Shown: positions 9,147-18,340 of the stretch, in pieces | Position numbering within the stretch: the stretch's first letter is position 1 | Layout: each line of letters opens with the position of its first letter | Assembly (NCBI GenBank): GCA_964585575.1 | Contig: CAZPEM010000001.1 | Span: 4,994 to 68,993 of the forward strand | Source: an uncultured Chitinophagaceae bacterium | GTDB taxonomy: Bacteria > Planctomycetota > Planctomycetia > Pirellulales > UBA1268 | Length of the DNA stretch: 64,000 nt | Direction of reading: 5' to 3' | Made by a program: the position numbers and the translations under genes | The notes under the pieces: model-generated | What the model was told of the DNA's origin: nothing | What the model saw: only the letters and a program-made list of their open reading frames with translations | Database searches by the model: none

Positions 9147-10370
9147 ATGCCCATCAACGAGACCCCCACCAAGCTCCCGATCCCGCCCCTGCCCAAGGGC
9201 TTCCGCGCCGCCGGCGTCCACGCCGGGCTCAAGCGCAACCCGACCCGCGAGGACATCTCCCTCATCGTGTCGGATCTCCCCGCGACAGCTGCCGGCGTCT
9301 ACACGACGAACCTCGTCTTCGCGGCGCCGGTCGCCTACGACCGGGCCCGCACGCCCGGCACCGGCTTCCGGGCCGTGGCGATCAACTCGGGCAACGCCAA
9401 CGCCTGCACCGGCAGCCGGGGCCTCGACGACGCCCGGGCGATGGCGCGGGCGGCCGCCGAACGCGTCGGCGTCGCCGAGGAGGGGGTGCTCGTGCTCTCG
9501 ACCGGGATCATCGGCGAGTTTCTTCCGCTCGAGAAGATTCGCGCTGGGCTGGGCGTCGTGGCCGGCAGGCTCGGCACCGACGACGAGTCGCTCGTGACGG
9601 CGGCCCGCGGCATGATGACCACCGACACCCGGCCGAAGCTCTCGGGATCCAGGTTCGAGGCGGGAGGCGACACGATCACGCTCACCGGCATCGCGAAGGG
9701 GGCGGCGATGGTCGGACCGAGGATGGCGACCATGCTCGGGATCGTCATGACCGACGCGGCGATCCTGCCGGCTGATGCCCAGCGGCTGCTCCGGGACGCC
9801 ACCGAAGAGACGTTCAACTGCGTGAGCGTGGACGGCCACACGAGCACGAACGACACGGTGCTGTTTCTTGCCAACGGCGCCGCCCGCGGCACGCCGCTGT
9901 CGGGCAAGGATCTCGACCGCTGCGGCCGGGCGCTCCACGAGGCCTGCGAGACGCTCGCCCGCGAGATTGCCGACGACGGCGAGGGGGCCACGCACGTCCT
10001 GCGGATCGAGATGTCGGGCTGCGGTAGCCGTGATGCCGCCCGGCAGATCGCGAGGACGGTCGCCGACAGCCCGCTTGTGAAGACGGCGATCTGCGGCGCC
10101 GACCCCAACTGGGGGCGGATCGTGTCGGCCGCCGGCTACGCGGGCGTGCCCTTCGACCCGGACAAGCTGCGGCTGAAGCTCAACGGCACGCTCCTGTTCG
10201 AGAGGGGATCCCCCGTGGCGTTCGACGCCGCGAAGGTCTCGGAGTCGATCCGCTCCGCCCGGGAGACCCTGATCGAAATCGACCTCGCCAGCGGCCCGGC
10301 CGGGATCCGGTTCTATTCGAGCGACCTCACGGCCGAGTACGTCCGCCTCAACGCCGATTATCACACGTGA
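9147..10370 (+). CDS. argJ: Bifunctional ornithine acetyltransferase / N-acetylglutamate synthase
   Basis: ATG 9147 lies within ORF 8337-10370. ArgJ motifs are present: GFRAAGVHAGLK, NSGNANACTG, the autoprocessing region GPRMATMLGIVMTDA, and C-terminal NADYHT. Confidence 0.93.
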   Translation: MPINETPTKLPIPPLPKGFRAAGVHAGLKRNPTREDISLIVSDLPATAAGVYTTNLVFAAPVAYDRARTPGTGFRAVAINSGNANACTGSRGLDDARAMARAAAERVGVAEEGVLVLSTGIIGEFLPLEKIRAGLGVVAGRLGTDDESLVTAARGMMTTDTRPKLSGSRFEAGGDTITLTGIAKGAAMVGPRMATMLGIVMTDAAILPADAQRLLRDATEETFNCVSVDGHTSTNDTVLFLANGAARGTPLSGKDLDRCGRALHEACETLAREIADDGEGATHVLRIEMSGCGSRDAARQIARTVADSPLVKTAICGADPNWGRIVSAAGYAGVPFDPDKLRLKLNGTLLFERGSPVAFDAAKVSESIRSARETLIEIDLASGPAGIRFYSSDLTAEYVRLNADYHT

Positions 10371-10382
10371 TACTCCGCGGCT

Positions 10383-10585
10383 CCGAACCCAGCAAAAGTT
10401 GACCGTGAGGGGGTGCCCGTGCCCCGCAGCCGGGCTATGGAAGCAAGCGCAGGCGTGATGCCGGAGCGCTGCGGACATGCAGTGAGCGGAGGTCCGGAGG
10501 ACCGTAGCGAACGTCCGGCCAGGGGCACGGGCAGCCCCGAACCCAGCAGAGTTGACCGTGAGGGGGTGCCCGTGCCCCGCAGCCG
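10383..10585. repeat. Two ~50-nt direct repeats (10383-10432 and 10537-10585) with an embedded 17-nt GC-rich inverted-repeat triad
   Basis: Copy 1 is ccgaacccagcaaaagttgaccgtgagggggtgcccgtgccccgcagccg and copy 2 is ccgaacccagcagagttgaccgtgagggggtgcccgtgccccgcagccg (one substitution and one 1-nt indel). Segment 10522-10538 (ggggcacgggcagcccc) is complementary to gggggtgcccgtgcccc in both copies (10409-10425 and 10562-10578). Confidence 0.8.
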
Positions 10586-10734
10586 ACGCCGGGGGAACGG
10601 ACGCGGAGGAGCCTCAGGCGTATCCTCGCCGAAGCGACGGAGCATTCGCCCCCCGGCGACAATGCTGCATCCTGCGCGTACAATCCCATCGCGGCCCCCC
10701 GGCCGTTAGCGTCCCTCGGTCATTAGAGTCATCC

Positions 10735-10989
10735 ATGCCCACAACGTTCGCCCGTCCGATCTCCCGCCCGCTGAACGCCATCAATCCCGACGATGACGAC
10801 GATCTCGGCGACGAGGAAGACCTCACGATCGCCGAGCCCCTCACCGACGAGGAGTCGAGCTTCGACGACTTCGACGACGAGTTCGACGACGACTTCGAGG
10901 AGGAGAGCAACGACCCCGACTGGGACCACCCCGACGACGACGCCTCGGACGAGCCGCCCCCGGGGAAGGTGCCGGGCAAGAAAAAGTAG
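10735..10989 (+). CDS. Small, extremely acidic hypothetical protein (84 aa)
   Basis: ATG 10735 lies within ORF 10552-10989. GC3 is very high throughout, which supports real coding. About 38% of residues are D/E (DDDDDLGDEEDL...FDDFDDEFDDDFEEE...), and the C-terminus is basic (GKVPGKKK). Confidence 0.65.
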   Translation: MPTTFARPISRPLNAINPDDDDDLGDEEDLTIAEPLTDEESSFDDFDDEFDDDFEEESNDPDWDHPDDDASDEPPPGKVPGKKK

Positions 10990-11033
10990 TCGTCCACGGA
11001 AGGCATCCAAGGAAGGCAGTCCCCACAGCACGC

Positions 11034-11870
11034 ATGCTCCACCTTCATGACCAGATTGGCGAGTCGGTCGCGGCGATCCGCTCCCGCTGGAGCCTGGCCC
11101 CGAAGGCAGGCGTGATCCTGGGGAGCGGCCTCGGCGGGGTTACGGAGGTGATCCGCGACCGGGTGTCGATCCCCTACGGCGAGATCCCACACTTCGCGAA
11201 GTCGACGGCGCACGGCCACGCCGGGCAACTCGTGTGTGGTTCCATCGAGGATGTGCCCGTCTGCGTGATGGAGGGGCGGATGCACGCCTACGAGGGCTAT
11301 CCGCTCTCCCAGATCACGCTTCCCGTCCGGGTGCTCAAGGCGCTCGGTGCGGAGCTGCTCATCGCGACGAATGCCTGCGGCGGCCTCAACCCGACCTACC
11401 GCACCGGCGACATCATGGTGATCGACGACCACATCAACCTGATGAACGACAATCCCCTGATCGGGATCAACGACGACCGGCTCGGGCCGCGGTTTCCCGA
11501 CATGTCGGCCCCCTACGCGGCCGACCTGGCCGACCTCGCCCTCGAGGTCGCCCGGCGGGAAAACTTCGCTGCCCACAGGGGCGTCTACGTCGCCGTCACC
11601 GGGCCGAACCTCGAGACACGGGCCGAATACCGGTTCCTGCGGCTCATCGGGGCCGACGTGGTGGGAATGTCGACGGTGCCCGAGGTGATCGTCGCGGTGC
11701 ATGCGGGCCTCCGGGTGCTCGGCCTCTCGGTGGTCACCGACATGTGCCTGCCCGACGCCCTCGAGGTCGCCGAGGTCGAAAAGATCCTCGCCGTCGCCGG
11801 CTCGGCGGAGCCGAAGCTCCGCGCGATCGTAACGGCTGCTGTGAGGCGGATGCGTCATGTTTCGTCGTAA
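11034..11870 (+). CDS. Purine nucleoside phosphorylase (PNP/MTAP family)
   Basis: Motifs ILGSGLGG, HGHAGQLVCG, MEGRMHAYEGY, ATNACGGLNP and VVGMSTVPEV are present. Confidence 0.9.
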   Translation: MLHLHDQIGESVAAIRSRWSLAPKAGVILGSGLGGVTEVIRDRVSIPYGEIPHFAKSTAHGHAGQLVCGSIEDVPVCVMEGRMHAYEGYPLSQITLPVRVLKALGAELLIATNACGGLNPTYRTGDIMVIDDHINLMNDNPLIGINDDRLGPRFPDMSAPYAADLADLALEVARRENFAAHRGVYVAVTGPNLETRAEYRFLRLIGADVVGMSTVPEVIVAVHAGLRVLGLSVVTDMCLPDALEVAEVEKILAVAGSAEPKLRAIVTAAVRRMRHVSS

Positions 11871-13491
11871 ATGCGACCGGCGTGACTGGCTGAAGACCGC
11901 GACCGTCGGCGGGGTCGCGGTGCTCGCCGCGAGGTGGGACATTGCCGCAGCCCGGGCGGCGGAGGTGGACGACCGCTTTCCCCGGCTCGCCGACGCGGCG
12001 CTCGGCCGGGCCGGATCGCTCGGTGCGACGTTCGCCGACTTCCGGATCATGCAGACGGAGACGGAGTCGCTCTTCGTTCGCGAGCAGATGGTGCAGGGCG
12101 TCTCCGCGGCGACGTCGCTCGGCGGGTCGGTCCGCGTCGTCGTCGATGGTGCGTGGGGATTCGCCGCCTCGGAGGACCTCTCGGAGGAAGGCGTGGCGAG
12201 GCTTGCGGCGGAGGCGATTCTGATCGCGCGGGCACAGGCCGGCTGGCGGAAGCGTCGCGTCGAGATCGAACCGCTCCCGAAGCACGTTGGCCGGTTCGAC
12301 CAACCAGCCGAGATCGATCCGTTCGCGATGCCGCTCGAAAAAAAGGTCGAGACGCTCCTCGGCATCACGGCCGCCGCCGAAAAGGCCGGGGCGAACTTCT
12401 GCCATGCGTCGCTCGAACAGGTGCGGGAGCGGACCTGGATCGCGAACACCTTCGGCAGCCGTATCGCCCAGTCCCGCGTCCGGCTCCAGCCCGGGTTTTC
12501 CATCACGGTCACCGACGCGAAGACCGGCCGTTTCGCCACCCGCGAGGGGTCGGTGCCGCCGCGGGCCGCAGGCTGGGAACACGTCACGTCGCTCCCGCTC
12601 GCCGGCGACGCGGCCCGCGCGGTCGAAGAGGCCCGTGAGAAGCTCATCGCCCCTTCGGTCGAACCCGGACGGAAGGATCTCGTGATCGCGCCGAGCAACC
12701 TCTGGCTCACGATCCACGAGACGGTGGGCCACCCGACCGAACTCGACCGCGCCCTCGGCGACGAGGCGAACTTCGCCGGCACGTCCTTTTGCACGCCCGA
12801 CAAGCTCGACCGGCTGCGGTACGCCAGCGACCTCGTGAGCTTCCGCGGCGAGCGGACGGAGCCCGGCGGCGTCGCCACGACCGCGTTCGACGACGACGGG
12901 GTGCCGACGTCCGGCCGCGAGTTTTACATCGTCGAAGACGGCGTCTTCCGCAGCTACCAGATGGCCCTCGGCCAAGCCGGCAGAATCGGGCGGCAGGCGT
13001 CCAACGCCTGCGGCTACGCCGAGAGTTTCGACGCCTTCCCGCTCCAACGGATGCCCAACATCTCGCTCGAGCCGGGCCGCGATCCGGCCGTGACGAAGGA
13101 GTCCCTCATCGCGGATATCGACGACGGCATCCTCATCGAGGGCAACGGCAGCTGGAGCATCGACCAGCAGCGGTACAACTTTCAGTTCACCGGCCAGGTG
13201 TTCCACCGGATCAAGAACGGCAAGCTCGCCGGGATGCTCCGCGACGTCGCCTACCAGGGCAATTCCGTCGACTTCTGGAACGCCTGCGACGGCCTCGGCG
13301 GCAGGCCCTCCCGCGAACTCTACGGCGCCCTTCACTGCGGCAAGGGACAGCCACAGCAGGCGGCGCCCGTCTCCCACGGGGCGGTGCCCGCCCGGTTCCG
13401 CGGGATCAACGTGCTCAACACGGCCGAGCAGGCCGGCGCGAAGACGGCCGGCTGCGAGGGTTGCCGCGGGGTGGTGCGAAGATGGGCATGA
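11857..13491 (+). CDS. TldD/PmbA-family metalloprotease with twin-arginine (Tat) signal peptide
   Basis: The N-terminus, MFRRKCDRRDWLKTATVGGVAVLAARWDIAAARA, fits the RR-x-[FW]-L-K Tat motif plus an h-region and an AxA site. The body is TldD-like (HETVGHPTELDR, GNGSWSIDQQRYNFQF). It overlaps the PNP stop by 14 nt. Confidence 0.85.
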   Translation: MFRRKCDRRDWLKTATVGGVAVLAARWDIAAARAAEVDDRFPRLADAALGRAGSLGATFADFRIMQTETESLFVREQMVQGVSAATSLGGSVRVVVDGAWGFAASEDLSEEGVARLAAEAILIARAQAGWRKRRVEIEPLPKHVGRFDQPAEIDPFAMPLEKKVETLLGITAAAEKAGANFCHASLEQVRERTWIANTFGSRIAQSRVRLQPGFSITVTDAKTGRFATREGSVPPRAAGWEHVTSLPLAGDAARAVEEAREKLIAPSVEPGRKDLVIAPSNLWLTIHETVGHPTELDRALGDEANFAGTSFCTPDKLDRLRYASDLVSFRGERTEPGGVATTAFDDDGVPTSGREFYIVEDGVFRSYQMALGQAGRIGRQASNACGYAESFDAFPLQRMPNISLEPGRDPAVTKESLIADIDDGILIEGNGSWSIDQQRYNFQFTGQVFHRIKNGKLAGMLRDVAYQGNSVDFWNACDGLGGRPSRELYGALHCGKGQPQQAAPVSHGAVPARFRGINVLNTAEQAGAKTAGCEGCRGVVRRWA

Positions 13492-14810
13492 CCGCCTCCC
13501 TGTCCCGGACGCTCTGCGATCGGATCCTCGGGCTCGTGAAGGCCGACTCGGCGGAGGTTGCAGTCTCGGACGGCGACGATCTTCACCTGCGGCACGCATC
13601 CAACGACGTCACGTCCAACGCCCTCGTCCATCGCACCGAGTTGTCGCTCACCGTGAGCTACGGCCGCCGGTCGGCGACGCTCTCCACGAATCAGCTTGAC
13701 GACGCCTCCATCCGACGGCTGGTGGATCGCACGCAGGCGATGGCGAAGCTCGCCCCGGAAAACCCGGAGCACATGCCGCCGCTCGGCCCGTCGGAGTTTG
13801 CGACGCCGGCCACCTGGGCCGAGGCGACGGCCGCCGCGTCGCCGGCGACGGTGATCGAGTCGATCAGACCGGTCATCGAACGGGCCCGCGACGCGGGCGT
13901 GGACACGGCCGGCTACCTCCAGCGGTCGGTCGGCGGCTCGACGCTGGCGAACACGAGTGGACTCTTCGTGCACCAGCGATCGACCACGGTCGGTTTTTCC
14001 GTGACCGCACGCACGCCGACCGGCCGCGGCTCCGGATGGGCGAGCACGCAGGTCACCGACATCCGCGATCTCGACCTCGCGATGATCGGCGACCGGGCGA
14101 TCCGGAAGGCCCTCGATTCCCGCAACCCGGTCGAGCGGCCGCCGGGCCGCACGACCGTCGTGCTCGAGCCGGCGGCGGTGCGGGATCTCGTGTCGTGGCT
14201 CGTCCGCGGTCTCGATCGCCGTCCCCTGGATGAGGGACGCAGCTTCCTGAAAGGGCTCGCCGATGGTGATCCGGTGGGCAGGAAGCTCTTCGGCGAGCGG
14301 GCGACGATCTTCTCGGACCCGCTCGACGGGTCCGCCCCCTGCCCCACGCACTCGGGCGGCCTCCCGCTCGTCCGCACGCCGTGGATCGATGCCGGTGTCC
14401 TCAAGACGCTCGCGGTCGGCCGGTTCTGGGCGAAGCAGCGGGGAGTCCCGCCGCAGCCGCATCCCGGGAACCTGCTCATGGCGGGCGAGGGCCGATCGGT
14501 CGATGAACTCGTCGGCATGGTGGACGACGGCGTGCTCGTCACGCGGATCTGGTACCTGCGGTCGGTCGACCCGCAGACGCTCCTGCTGACGGGCCTCACC
14601 CGCGACGGAACGTTCGCGATCTCGAAGGGGAAGCTCGCCGGCCCGGTGAAGAACTTTCGATTCAATGCCTCGCCCGTCCACGTGCTCGCGCGGCTCGTGG
14701 CGTCGGGTATCCCCACGCGGGTTCTCGGTGCCGAGAGCGGGTCGCCGGCATGCATGCCGCCGGTCGTCGTCGAGGACTTCAACCTCTCCTCGGTCTCCGA
14801 CGCGAGCTAG
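13482..14810 (+). CDS. TldD/PmbA-family protein (PmbA/TldE-like partner, no signal peptide)
   Basis: ATG 13482 lies within ORF 12789-14810 and overlaps the upstream gene by 10 nt. The family-typical C-terminus is present (VTRIWYLRSVDPQTLLLTGLTRDGTF...). Confidence 0.8.
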   Translation: MGMTASLSRTLCDRILGLVKADSAEVAVSDGDDLHLRHASNDVTSNALVHRTELSLTVSYGRRSATLSTNQLDDASIRRLVDRTQAMAKLAPENPEHMPPLGPSEFATPATWAEATAAASPATVIESIRPVIERARDAGVDTAGYLQRSVGGSTLANTSGLFVHQRSTTVGFSVTARTPTGRGSGWASTQVTDIRDLDLAMIGDRAIRKALDSRNPVERPPGRTTVVLEPAAVRDLVSWLVRGLDRRPLDEGRSFLKGLADGDPVGRKLFGERATIFSDPLDGSAPCPTHSGGLPLVRTPWIDAGVLKTLAVGRFWAKQRGVPPQPHPGNLLMAGEGRSVDELVGMVDDGVLVTRIWYLRSVDPQTLLLTGLTRDGTFAISKGKLAGPVKNFRFNASPVHVLARLVASGIPTRVLGAESGSPACMPPVVVEDFNLSSVSDAS

Positions 14811-14900
14811 GCCCGACTCGAAACGAGGCGGTTTTCCAGGTCAGGGCCCGACCGGTTACGATTGCGGCTCACTCCAACACGTCTTCCGCCACTGCACCGC

Positions 14901-17900
14901 ATGTTCCAGCCCGTTCGAGGCAAGCCCGACTTTCCGAGCATGGAGGCCGAGATCGGCCGGTTCTGGCGGGACGCGGCCGTCTACCGAAAGTCGCTCGACC
15001 GACGGCGGGGCGGGAAGCGGTTCGTCTTCTTCGAAGGGCCGCCGACGGCCAACGGCATGCCGCACCCGGGCCACTGCCTGACCCGCACGATCAAGGATCT
15101 CTACCCGCGGTATCGCACGATGCGGGGGGAATACTGCGAGCGGAAGGCCGGCTGGGACACCCATGGCCTGCCGGTCGAGGTCGAGGTTTGCAAGGAGCTC
15201 GGCATCCACTCGAAGGCCGAGATCGAGGCCTACGGCGTCGAGCCATTCATCCACAGGTGCCAGGAGAGCGTCTGGCGGTACATGAAGGAGTGGGAGGCGC
15301 TCACCGAGCGGATCGGCTTCTGGATCGATCTGTCCGCCGCCTATGTCACCTACCACCGGTCGTTCGTGGAGAGCGTCTGGTGGGCGCTGGCGACGCTCTT
15401 CGACAAGGGGCTGCTCTACCAGGGGCACAAGATCGTCTGGTGGTGGGCCCAGGGTGGCACGGCGCTGTCGAGCGGCGAGGTCGGTCAGGGCTACAAGGAG
15501 GTCGCCGACCCGAGCGTCTACGTCGCCTTCCCGCTGCTCGACGACGCAGGCCGTCCGACCGATCGGGCGCTCGTCGCCTGGACGACGACCCCCTGGACGC
15601 TCCCCTCCAACCAGTTCGCCGCCGTCCGCTCCGACCTCGACTACGTCGTCCTCGGAGATCCGTCGCCGGCTCCCGGATCGCTCCGGGAGTACGTCGTCGC
15701 CGAACCGCTCGCCGCGGCGCTCGTCGAGAAGACAAAACGCCCCCTCGAAATCGTCGAACGCCTCAGGGGCTCCGACCTCGTCGGCCGTTCCTACCTTCCC
15801 CCGTTCGACACGTTCCGTCCGGACGGCCCGCCTGCATTGGCGGCTCGGCGGGACGGCGGCTCGGAGCCCGCGGCCTGGCGGGTCGTAGCCGCCGATTTCG
15901 TGACGACCGACTCCGGCACCGGGATCGTGCACGTCGCGCCGGCCTTCGGCGAGGTCGATTACGGCGTGCTCGTGGAGGAGCAGGCCAGGTTCGCCCCCGG
16001 CGGCGGCCCCGCGCTGCTCAACTGCGTCGCCCCCGACGGCACCTTCACCGACGCCTTCCCGATCGGGGCCGGCCGGTTCGTGAAGGACTGCGACCGCGAC
16101 ATCACCCGCGACATCAAGGGCCGCGGACTGCTCGTCCACCAGGAGCAGTACGTCCACGACTACCCGTTCTGCTGGCGGGCCGAGAACGACCCGCTCATCC
16201 AGTACCCGCGGCAGAGCTGGTTCATCCGCACGAGCCGGTTCCGCGACGCGATGCTCGCCAACAACGCCGCGATCGACTGGCTGCCCGATCACATCAAGGA
16301 GGGCCGCTTCGGCAACTTCCTTGAGACGAACGTCGACTGGGCGCTCTCCCGCGAGCGGTACTGGGGCACGCCGCTGCCGATATGGGTCTGCGATTCGACC
16401 GGGAAGATGGAGGCCGTCCCCTCCTACGCCGCGCTCCTCGCCAAGCCCGGCATCGCCGGCACCGACGTCTTCGAAAAGGCGAAGGCCGCGAACCCGAAGC
16501 TGTCCGACGACCTGAAGGTGCACAAGCCCTACATCGACGCGGTCACCTACGAGTCCCCGTTCGCGAAGGGATCGCGGATGCGGCGGGTGCCGGAAGTGAT
16601 CGACTGCTGGTTCGATTCCGGCGCGATGCCGTTTGCGCAGTGGGGCTGGCCGCACTCTGGTTCCGCCGAGTTCGAGGCTCAGTTCCCGGCCGACTTCATC
16701 TCCGAGGCGATCGACCAGACCCGCGGCTGGTTCTACAGTCAGCTGGCGATCAGCACGCTTCTCTTCGGCGACACCGTCCTCGAAGACCGCGGCCGTCCCT
16801 ATCCCCATCCCTTCCGCACCTGCATCGTCCTCGGCCACATGCTGGGAGAGGACGGGCAGAAGATGAGCAAGAGCCGCCGCAACTACAAGGAGCCGAAGGT
16901 CATCTTCGACACCTACGGCGCCGACGCCCTGCGGTGGTACTTCCTCGCGGGCCAGCCGCCGTGGACGAGCATCCGCTACAACGAGCGGGCGATCAAGGAG
17001 AGCGTGCCGGAGTTTCTGCTGCGGCTCTGGAACGTCTATTCGTTCTTCGCGATCTACGCTCGCATCGACGGCTTCGATCCCGCCCGATTGCTCGACGCGC
17101 CCGGCGAACTCGCCCATGCCGAACTCGCGAAGGCCCGTGGGTGGAGGCCGGCGGGCGAGCGGGGCGAACTCGACCGGTGGATGCTTTCGGAGCTCAACGC
17201 CACCGCCGCGGAGATGGTCGAGCGGCTCGACCGCTACGATCACTTCGGCGCGGCCGCGCGGCTCTCCTCGCTCGTCGAGTCGGTGAGCAACTGGTTCGTC
17301 CGCCGCAGCCGCGAGCGGTTTTGGGGAGTCGGACGGGCCGACGGCGGCCCCGAGACGAATCCCGAGAAGCTCGATGCCTATTGGACGCTCTACGAGACGC
17401 TCCTTTCGATCGTGAAGCTCGCGGCGCCGTTCGTGCCGTTCGTGACCGAGGAGATCTGGCAAAACCTCGCCGCACGGGCCTTCGCCGGCTCCGCGAGGGC
17501 CCCCGAAAGCATCCATCTCACGACCTATCCGACGGGCGAGCCATCGCTCGTGGATCGCGACCTCGTCCGTCGGATGGCGCTCGTCCGCGAGGTGGCGTCG
17601 CTCGGCCGGGCCGCACGGGCCGCCGAGAAGCTCAAGGTACGCCAGCCGCTTTCGAAGGTGGAGGTAATCCTCGCCAATCCGGCCGACGGCGACGCGTCCT
17701 GGCTCGAGGAGCATGCCGATCTCGTCTGCGACGAGCTCAACGTGAAGGGCTTCGAGATCTGCCGCGAGCCCGACCGCTACATCTCGCGAAGCATCCAGGC
17801 CGATCTCAAGAAGCTCGGTCCGCGGCTCGGCAAGGACCTGCCGAAGGCCCGCGACGCGATCGCCAAGGCCGACGCAGCCGCCGTGCTCGTCCAGCTGGCC

Positions 17901-18320
17901 CGCGATGGCCGCGCGAGGATCGAATGGGCGGGCGGTTCGGCGACGCTCGAGCCGGACGAGCTCATCGTCCGCACGACCGCAAAACCCGGCTGGGCGGCGG
18001 CCGAAGGACCGCAGGCGGTGGTCGTCATCGCGAAGGAGCTCACGCCTGCGCTCGTCGCCGAGGGGCTCGTCCGCGAGGTCGTGCATGTCGTTCAATCGAT
18101 GCGGAAGTCGCTCGACCTCGAGTTCACCGACCGGATCGAGCTCGGCTTCGAGACGTCTTCCGACGACCTCCGGGCGGCGTTGGAGTCCCACCTCGCGACG
18201 TTCGCCACCGAAACCCTCTCCATCAAGACCGCGTTCGCGACGGTTTCCGCCGGCATCGCCGAAACCCACGACATCGACGGCCACCCCCTCACGATCACGC
18301 TCAGAAAGGTGACGTCCTGA
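14901..18320 (+). CDS. ileS: Isoleucyl-tRNA synthetase (type 2-like)
   Basis: HIGH-type motif (PHPGHCLTRT), KMSKS (GQKMSKSRRNY), and the WTTTPWTLPSN editing-domain signature. The ORF opens at ATG 14862, but ATG 14901 (MFQPVRGKPDFP...) is the more typical N-terminus. Confidence 0.95.
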   Translation: MFQPVRGKPDFPSMEAEIGRFWRDAAVYRKSLDRRRGGKRFVFFEGPPTANGMPHPGHCLTRTIKDLYPRYRTMRGEYCERKAGWDTHGLPVEVEVCKELGIHSKAEIEAYGVEPFIHRCQESVWRYMKEWEALTERIGFWIDLSAAYVTYHRSFVESVWWALATLFDKGLLYQGHKIVWWWAQGGTALSSGEVGQGYKEVADPSVYVAFPLLDDAGRPTDRALVAWTTTPWTLPSNQFAAVRSDLDYVVLGDPSPAPGSLREYVVAEPLAAALVEKTKRPLEIVERLRGSDLVGRSYLPPFDTFRPDGPPALAARRDGGSEPAAWRVVAADFVTTDSGTGIVHVAPAFGEVDYGVLVEEQARFAPGGGPALLNCVAPDGTFTDAFPIGAGRFVKDCDRDITRDIKGRGLLVHQEQYVHDYPFCWRAENDPLIQYPRQSWFIRTSRFRDAMLANNAAIDWLPDHIKEGRFGNFLETNVDWALSRERYWGTPLPIWVCDSTGKMEAVPSYAALLAKPGIAGTDVFEKAKAANPKLSDDLKVHKPYIDAVTYESPFAKGSRMRRVPEVIDCWFDSGAMPFAQWGWPHSGSAEFEAQFPADFISEAIDQTRGWFYSQLAISTLLFGDTVLEDRGRPYPHPFRTCIVLGHMLGEDGQKMSKSRRNYKEPKVIFDTYGADALRWYFLAGQPPWTSIRYNERAIKESVPEFLLRLWNVYSFFAIYARIDGFDPARLLDAPGELAHAELAKARGWRPAGERGELDRWMLSELNATAAEMVERLDRYDHFGAAARLSSLVESVSNWFVRRSRERFWGVGRADGGPETNPEKLDAYWTLYETLLSIVKLAAPFVPFVTEEIWQNLAARAFAGSARAPESIHLTTYPTGEPSLVDRDLVRRMALVREVASLGRAARAAEKLKVRQPLSKVEVILANPADGDASWLEEHADLVCDELNVKGFEICREPDRYISRSIQADLKKLGPRLGKDLPKARDAIAKADAAAVLVQLARDGRARIEWAGGSATLEPDELIVRTTAKPGWAAAEGPQAVVVIAKELTPALVAEGLVREVVHVVQSMRKSLDLEFTDRIELGFETSSDDLRAALESHLATFATETLSIKTAFATVSAGIAETHDIDGHPLTITLRKVTS

Positions 18321-18340
18321 GCCCGCCACTCTCACTCGCC

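Noticed and set aside
10470-10515. SRP (4.5S) RNA-like hairpin ggtcc-gga-ggacc in the argJ downstream gap.
   Set aside because: It only superficially resembles the SRP helix-8 GGAA tetraloop region. The loop is one nt short, and the flanking symmetric and asymmetric loop consensus (AGCAGCC...) is absent.
10383-10585. Possibility that the duplicated 50-nt elements form a CRISPR array.
   Set aside because: There are only two copies. The unit (~50 nt) and the spacing (~104 nt) are outside CRISPR norms, and no cas genes lie nearby. The internal inverted-repeat logic fits a structured element or MITE-like repeat better.
14856-18335. 1159-aa ORF on the minus strand, exactly antisense to ileS. Similar very long antisense or alternate-frame ORFs occur at 1368-3188(-), 10614-12878(-), 22220-24625(-), 25924-27636(-), 42645-44738(-), 16382-18898(+) upstream part, and 56765-58000(+).
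   Set aside because: In DNA this GC-rich, stop codons are rare in non-coding frames. These translations are Arg/Pro/Gly/Ala-rich low-complexity strings with no motifs. The opposite or alternate frame encodes unmistakable conserved proteins.
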